The notes under the pieces were generated by a model. That model was not told the origin of the DNA, did not search any database, and saw nothing but the letters and a program-made list of their open reading frames with translations. Source: Eledone cirrhosa (lineage: Eukaryota). Taken from it: a stretch of DNA of 64,000 nt. The position numbers were made by a program, and so were the translations under genes. Every line of letters starts with the position of its first letter. The stretch's first letter is position 1. The stretch covers positions 21,514,001 through 21,578,000 of the forward strand of contig OZ024752.1 in assembly GCA_964016885.1 (NCBI GenBank), given 5' to 3'. Of this stretch, positions 54,069-64,000 are shown piece by piece.

Positions 54069-56648
54069 TCAGGTTATACATTGGGTGTTGAGTTCTAGTC
54101 TATTATTGATTGGTTGTTGTGTTTTATCTATAATTAGTGCTTCCTTAATTCTAAGATTGCCGAGGTTTCTTTCCTTAGTTTCTATCCTAACTGTTATGGT
54201 TTTGTCGGTGTTTTTGCATTTAACTAGGTGTTTCTTAAATGAGGAAGCGTTAGTATTGAGGTGTTCTTTTATTCTTTTGTGGAGTGGTCTGGTGGTGCTA
54301 CCTACGTAGAAGTTGTTGCATTTGTCACATTCTAGTCTGTATACGACGTAAGCCTGGTGGCATAGGTCTGTGTCGATGATGGGGCAGTTGGCTAGTCTGC
54401 AGCAGTTGTCATGTCTGGTGGAGTGTCTTTTGGTTAGCTGTCCGCGTAGAGAAGGACCTGAGTGGGTCAGTTGGATATCTAGTCCCTCTCGTCTGATGGC
54501 TCTGCGGATGGCTGTTGTTGTTTCTTCACTGAAGTGTGGGAGCTTCAGGAAGCAAGTGTTAGTGCCTCGGGTGTGGTGTCCTCTGTTCTTTCTGGCACGG
54601 TTTGTGGTGGATGTCGTGTATCCGTTCAGTTTGAGTACTTCCAGGAAATGTGTGGTGTGTGTGTCTCGGTCTCTAGCGTCGGTGCATTTGTTCCGGATAC
54701 GTGCCAGTTCGTTCCTTATGTATCCGAATTTGGCACCGAGTGGGAGGGCCGATCTGAAATGTACGAACAGGTCCCTGCTGGCGGCTTTTTTATAGAAGCA
54801 AGTGTGGATGTTTCCTTCCTCTGTTACCCTGAGCTGGAAGTCCAGTAGGGATAGGGATCCGCGGTCATCGGGGTGTTCCATGCTGAACTTTATACTGGCG
54901 TCCATGCTGGAGAATGTTGTGTATATTTTATCTGCCTCCTCACGGGATGATGTAAGGATGAGTATGTCATCTACATATCGGGTGAAGAAGGCATGGGAAT
55001 GGCAGGTGTTGAAGGCTCGGCATTCTAGCTGGTTCATGTAGGTGATGGCCAGCAGGCCCGATAGGCTGGATCCCATGGGTAATCCTGTTGTCTGTCTGTA
55101 TGTGTGGTGGTGGAAGGTGAAGTACGTGTTGTCTACTGTGAAGGACAAAAGCTGGTGTATGTCCGTCGGGTGGAGGCCGTAGCAGTGGATGTCCTCTGCG
55201 ACCACGCAGTCCGTCAATAAATCGACAGCTGGATGAGCGGGGACTGTAGTGTAGAGGGAGACAACGTCGAGGCTAAAAGCGTATTTATTTAGTTTAAGTT
55301 GTTCTGGCTGGAGTTGGTGTAGTCTACGTATAACTTCGTTGGAGCTACTGACATGCCCGGGAAAGGTGGAGAGTAGAGGCTTGAGGACCTGGGAGAGGAG
55401 CCAGGAAATTTTGTATAGGGGTCCTTCTATGCTAGAGACGATGGGTCTTATTTGCGTCTTAGTACTATTCTTGTGGGTCTTGATGAGGTGGTAGAAAGTG
55501 GGCAGTCTGCTATTTCTAGTGGTGTAGTTGAGCTTAACTTTATTTGGGAGTTGTCTTCTACAGATATCGAACCAAATGGAGTTGGTCTGTTTTTTGATCT
55601 GGGCTGCAGTCATGTCCGGGATCACTGTGTATAATTCACTGTCGCTTAGGTGTTCAAAGGCTAGGTTATTGTATGTGGCTTGAGAGATGACGCAAAACTC
55701 TTTACCTTTGTCGGATGGTAAGTATATAAGTTCCCTATTCCGTAGGTTCTTCAGGGCGAGTTGTTGTGTCCTGGAGAGGTTTGGGGCTATCTTCTTCTAT
55801 TTCCGTAAGATGTTAAATACGGAATGTTTTAGTCTCGAGAGTTTTTCTTCAAGCTCGCGGTTGGCAGGCGGTGGACAGAGTGGGCGATCTAGTTGGTATA
55901 TCGGGAATCTGGGTTTGATGGATTCCGTGGTGTTGTTGTCGAGAGTCGATATCCCTTTTAGTTGGTAGGCAGCCCGACAGAAATTCGTTTCTACTTCGAG
56001 CCATAGTTTGTCGTCCAGTCTCTGTTTCAATATGAACTTGGGACCCAGGCTGAGGAGGTCTAATTCCTCTCGGGAGAGGGATCCTGTCAAGTCTGTGACA
56101 AGATATTTTGCGTCAGGTGTGTTGTTGGTCGGGGCGCCGCTAGGTTCGGTGTTGGTACCGTCTTGTTCGACTCTGTTGGTGTTTAGAGTTGGGATGTTGT
56201 TAAGACAGTTGGCCGTCCTGAGTTTGAGAAATTTTTGCGTTAGACGTATTTTCTTGTAGTCTCGGCGATGGTGGTATGACCTGTCTATAGTGGCGGAGAT
56301 GACTCTGGACAGAGGTTCTGGGGTTTCAGCGAGTTGTGGTACAAGGCTGGAAATAGTCCGTATGTGATGTTGTAGCGTGCAGTGTAGGTGTTGTATGAGT
56401 TTTCTTAGGCAGAATTTTTGTATGTAACTAAGTGATCGTTTGAGGCCTGGTGATTTGAAGCATGTTGGTAGGTGCAAATTTTTGATAGTTTTGGGGAAGA
56501 TGTTGTTATTCAGGCATCGTTTTAGGAAGTTTATTTGGCAGCCGGCTTTGGCGCGCTTTTCAGATAGCTGGAAGAGTTTCTTTACAGTTGTGAACTGGGC
56601 CTGGCTCAGGCGTAAGGAAAGGAGGAGGTTATAGTTCACTTGAAGCAT
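54069..56648 (-). pseudogene. Full-length Nematis/Penelope-like PLE ORF (~860 codons) with one in-frame TAG; element ~53540..56650
   Basis: ORFs 55797..56648 and 54069..55625 share a frame; FLKRC..IFPK, LLSLGPKF, SDKG, RPIVS, LDVVSLYT, GLPMGS, RYVDD, VVY...YVGST.R.L..R..EH. Confidence 0.93.
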
Positions 56649-56659
56649 ATATATATAAA

Positions 56660-57085
56660 CATAATTTTGGTATGTTTATGTACATTTTTTCTTCTAACTT
56701 TGATTTTGTACCTAATTGTGTATAGTTAGCTATATGTCTAGTCAATTTCTACGGGCTATTAGATACTAGGTAAATCTTCTTTGGCTGTGGATCGCGGATA
56801 AAATAGCTATCATTTATTTATCTATTATTTCTTCATAAGTACATTTTAAACTTATAGCCTCGTTTAATTGATTTTTTATGTGGTTAATTATGCTGATCGG
56901 GGGGAGAAACACTGTATATATTTTAACAGATGATTCTATGGACTTACTTTCTTATATATTGCTCTGATTGTTGATTATTTAATTAATTAATTCGTCATTG
57001 AGCCACACCGTGAATGGTTGCCAAAAGCACACACATATATATATCTATGGCTCTGTCTAGTTTATGTATATGTAAACCTCTATAT
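56660..57085 (+). repeat. Non-coding terminal-repeat-like unit, diverged homolog of 61915..62290 (opposite orientation)
   Basis: Shared blocks cctaattgtgtat, tggttaattatgct, atattgctctgatt, cattgagccaca, tttatgtatatgtaaacct. Confidence 0.7.
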
Positions 57086-57087
57086 TT

Positions 57088-58598
<1,511 letters not shown>

Positions 58599-58691
58599 GT
58601 AAAATAACTTTGAATAACTTTGAAATGTTTTGGCCAGTATTGGCCCAGGCCATGTCTAACTTAATAGCACCACCTGGCGAAGTCTTTCAAT

Positions 58692-61386
58692 TCAGGATTT
58701 GGGCACCATGGCCCATTCGAGAAGAGAATTACTGTTTGCGGAGACATATCCGGGTGTGGGTGGTTTGTCCGGGATTACTTGGAGGAATTTGTCCAAAGAC
58801 TTCTTGAATTTTGTGTGGTCAGTTTCTGTTTTGACGTGTCCTGGTGTGATGTTGAAGAGAGCAGGGCCGATTGAGGTGAAATAATTGTGCCGTATTGTTG
58901 TTATGAGTTGCGATTTAGATTTTTGAATGGGACGGATAGCACGGGGCCCAAGCCTTGGGTGTATCTTGAAGGCGATGCCAACATCATTTGGGCAGTGATG
59001 ATGGAACATTTTCCACATCATGCAGATAATATAACGCTCACGGCGACGTTGGAGTGAGTAAAGTTTCAGGTTTTCTAATCGACCCCAGTAGTCAAGGTCT
59101 GACATGCCATCTATCTTTTTCGTGATTGCCCTTTGAGGAGCTTCAAGTTTCATGATACTTTGTTTCGTGTGGGGAGACCACAGTGGACAACAGTATTCAA
59201 GGTGTGGTCGGGCAAAAGTAGAGAAGAGAAGGATAATGGTGCGGGAATCTCTCGACTGGAAGGTTCTGAGGATCCAGGAACACATTCTGCGGGCCATGTC
59301 AACTTTGCTGCTTATATGCGTGGTCCAGCTTATGTTGCTGTCCACGGTTACTCCCAAGTCTCTGATGTTGTTAGATGCCATGAGAGTTTCCCCGGAGGGA
59401 AGGGAGTACGGGAGTTTCAGAGCATCCTCTTTTCCAAAGTGGATCAGTTCGAATTTGTCTTCGTTCAGTAACATGTTGTTCTTTTCCGCCCATTGGGTAA
59501 CAGCCAGTAGGTCTGACTGAAGGCTTATCCGGTCATCCACGCCATTGATGACCTTTTGGAGCTTGGAATCATCAGCGAAAATTTTAATGTTGCTGTGTTT
59601 GATGATGTCAGTGATGTCATTAATATAGATGATGAAGAGAAGTGGGCCCAACACAGTGCCTTGTGGGACCCCACTACTGACTTTAGCTGGGCTGGATTTG
59701 ACTCCCTCAACTACAACATGTTGGGTTCTGTTTGACAGGAAGCTCTTGATCCACTGCAGCAGCTTTCCAGTGACACCAATATTGGACAGCTTTCTCAGTA
59801 GAATGTTATGATCAACCCTGTCAAAGGCCTTGCTGAAATCAAGGTAGATAACATCAGTGTTGGAACCCTCTCCCAAGGCTCTCAAAATGTCATCAAAGTG
59901 ATGCAGTAGCTGCGTCAGGCAATCCCTTCCATTACGGAATCCATGCTGGTTGGAGTTCAGCATATTGTTACTCTCAAGGAAGTGGGTCATTCGCGATCTC
60001 ACCACTCTCTCAAATACCTTAATGATATGAGAGGTGAGTGAGATTGGACGGTAATTCACGGCAAGGGATTTGTTTCCCTTTTTGAAAACTGGGACAACAG
60101 ACTGGGATAGAAGGTTTTCTGGCACATATCCAGCATCCAGTGAGTTCCGCCACAGATTGGCAAGAGGAGATGCAAGTTGGTGTTGACACGCCTTCAAGAC
60201 ACAAGCAGGGAACCTATCGGGACCTACTGCTGAATTATGCTTGATTTCCTTTATTGCCGCCAAGACATCAGGGGCGCCAAACGTTATGTCCGATAAGGTG
60301 TAATGGGGAGTAACATCGCCGATACAGCCCAGATCGGCCATATCAGGATTGCTGAAAACAGAGCAGTATTGTTTCTGCAGTATCTCACCCATGGTTTTAG
60401 CATTGTCTTGAAGAGTGCCATTTTCATCAATTAGAGGGCCAACAGTAGAGCCAGTGATTTTGTGTTTTTTTGCAAATGAAAAGAACACTTTGGGATTGAG
60501 TTTGATCTTCTCAATGGCCCAGGCCTCTTCAGCTCTTCTCTGATTGTTGATGAGGGACATTATGTTGTTTTGGAGGTTATGTTTTTTAATCTCTAGTGAT
60601 GAAATGGCAGTCAAGTTGATGTGTTGCTGCTGACAGTATTTCAGCTTGTTGATTTTTTTGTTCGTTCTCTTAATTTTTCTGATGAGCGTTTTTCTATTTC
60701 TAGGGATTCTGCTCTTAGATTTGTTTATAGTTCTTAATGGGGTGTGTTTAGCACATATGTTTGTAACAGTGTCCACAAATGTCTGCCAGGACTTTTTGAT
60801 GTTAGTGGGTGTATGAGTGTGCGTGAAGGACCAGTCGACATGTGCAAGATCATGACTGATCGCTTCCCAGTTTGCATTGTGGAAATCCATAGCGTCAAAC
60901 GGATGGACAGGAGAGATGACATTGGGTTTGTATATTGGACGGTGGAATCTCAGATCACAGAGAACCATGTCATGATCAGAGAGTAGAGTTTTCTCCACTG
61001 CAATATTGTGGATATTGTCAGTGTGATTGCTGAAAATTAAGTCTAGGACGTTTTTGTGGCACCTTGTTGGTTCGAGCACCAGTTGGGATAGGAAGAAATC
61101 ATCCATGAAGTCAAGAAGCGATTCCACAGCTTCTCTGTCAGAGGTTGAGGCAGAAGAACCTGGTGGCAGGCTGTTTGTGGACCAGTCAACTCCGGGGAGG
61201 TTGAAGTCCCCCATCATTAAGATGTTGTCAGGGTGACACTCTTGGATGAAACACTTTATGCTGTTGAGGCATTCCTTGAAGCATGGTACAGGCGTTTGGG
61301 GTGGCCTATAGAGCCCAACTACTAATAGGTTGTTGGTTTGACTGAATACAGTGACTGCCTCACAGTATCCATTAGTGAATATGTTC

Positions 61387-61388
<2 letters not shown>
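58692..61388 (-). CDS. CR1/L2-group LINE ORF2 (partial AP endonuclease + RT), open 898-codon frame, 5'-truncated; element ~58600..61386
   Basis: [65 protein letters not shown]; 3' UTR hairpin GGCCA-atac-TGGCC and (TTCAAAGTTA)2 tail. Confidence 0.93.
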
Positions 61389-62875
<1,487 letters not shown>

Positions 62876-62877
62876 TG

Positions 62878-62952
<75 letters not shown>

Positions 62953-62955
<3 letters not shown>

Positions 62956-63559
62956 AGGTCACCAGTTGGTGCTACTGGTAACATGTATCCCAGTACACCT
63001 GTCTCATGGTCGGGTCGTTGGCGACTAAACTGGCAACCCCAACAAGGTTTCTTGGTGAGGAGGGTGACTTTGGACATCCTGCAGGACTAAAAACAAAACC
63101 TGTCAAAGGGCAAAGGAGCTCGTAAGAGTCAATGGCCATCCAAAATCACCGGGAGAGATGACCTCTTAGCCTTTGTCAAGGCAGAATTCTAGGAGAAGGA
63201 AAACTCTGATATAACACCTGCAACCCTGATGGTATCCAATGATGTTGACTTGTTCTTCTTTTTGGTAAATATCATCTTGGTTAAGAGAGTGGGACTGGCT
63301 TTGTGCAGTGCCTTTGCTCACTATAAAAGCTTCACGGCACAGGCATTGCTTTATATCTGGAGATCTCTCTGCACTTGTCATCACATGGTACCATGGGCCC
63401 AGCACTATGTGTCAATAATTGTCAGAAGTGTAGTGTTTGTACCAGAGTTTTCAAGTCGCTGGCTGGACTAAAAAGTCACACTTGTTCAGCGCATCGGTAA
63501 GGGTTCTCCTACATGGATATAAAGTAGTGGCTGTACTCGAAAACGAGTTGGCAGCCACC
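62953..63559 (+). mobile_element. Bipartite non-autonomous RTE derivative (RTE-like 5' UTR joined to 3' end), flanked by (TA)n
   Basis: RTE-like 5' UTR motif CTAGGAGAAGGAAAACTCTGA; 3' part encodes a zinc-finger remnant [18 protein letters not shown]; second copy at 18044..18408. Confidence 0.65.
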
Positions 63560-63584
63560 ATATATATATATGTATATATATATG

Positions 63585-64000
<416 letters not shown>

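Noticed and set aside
55797-55799. In-frame stop as possible selenocysteine recoding, as known for some Naiad PLEs
   Set aside because: The stop is TAG. In-frame stops examined in other PLEs are TAA, or TGA at positions that do not look like Cys sites in decayed copies; no SECIS was recognised.

Overview
Gene-free, AT-rich eukaryotic (animal) repeat DNA. The SINE, RTE and (TA)n content resembles cephalopod (Octopus-like) genomes; this is an inference. No host protein-coding gene is supported, and most ORF-track entries are translations of (TA)n/(TG)n arrays. The window is a nest of retroelements inserted into long (TA)n arrays. Penelope-like elements (PLEs; RT + C-terminal GIY-YIG) dominate, with at least four lineages: Hydra-clade-like, Nematis-like, Neptune-like and an unassigned lineage with an enlarged RT fingers region. 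Also present are a decayed Tx1/L1 LINE, a CRE-type RLE LINE, RTE LINEs with a bipartite non-autonomous derivative, an open-frame CR1/L2-group LINE, Helitrons and tRNA-derived SINEs. Reading both strands by eye gives about 20 complete, partial or degenerate type I hammerhead ribozyme motifs in PLE terminal repeats (pLTRs). Several combine a minimal palindromic stem III with a much enlarged (40-115 nt) stem II domain. The best novelty candidates are these large-stem-II hammerheads and a young, inverted-repeat-bounded PLE whose RT has ~70 extra residues between motifs A and B' (telomerase IFD-like) although its endonuclease is C-terminal. All folds, alignments and clade names were assigned by eye; element boundaries are approximate.
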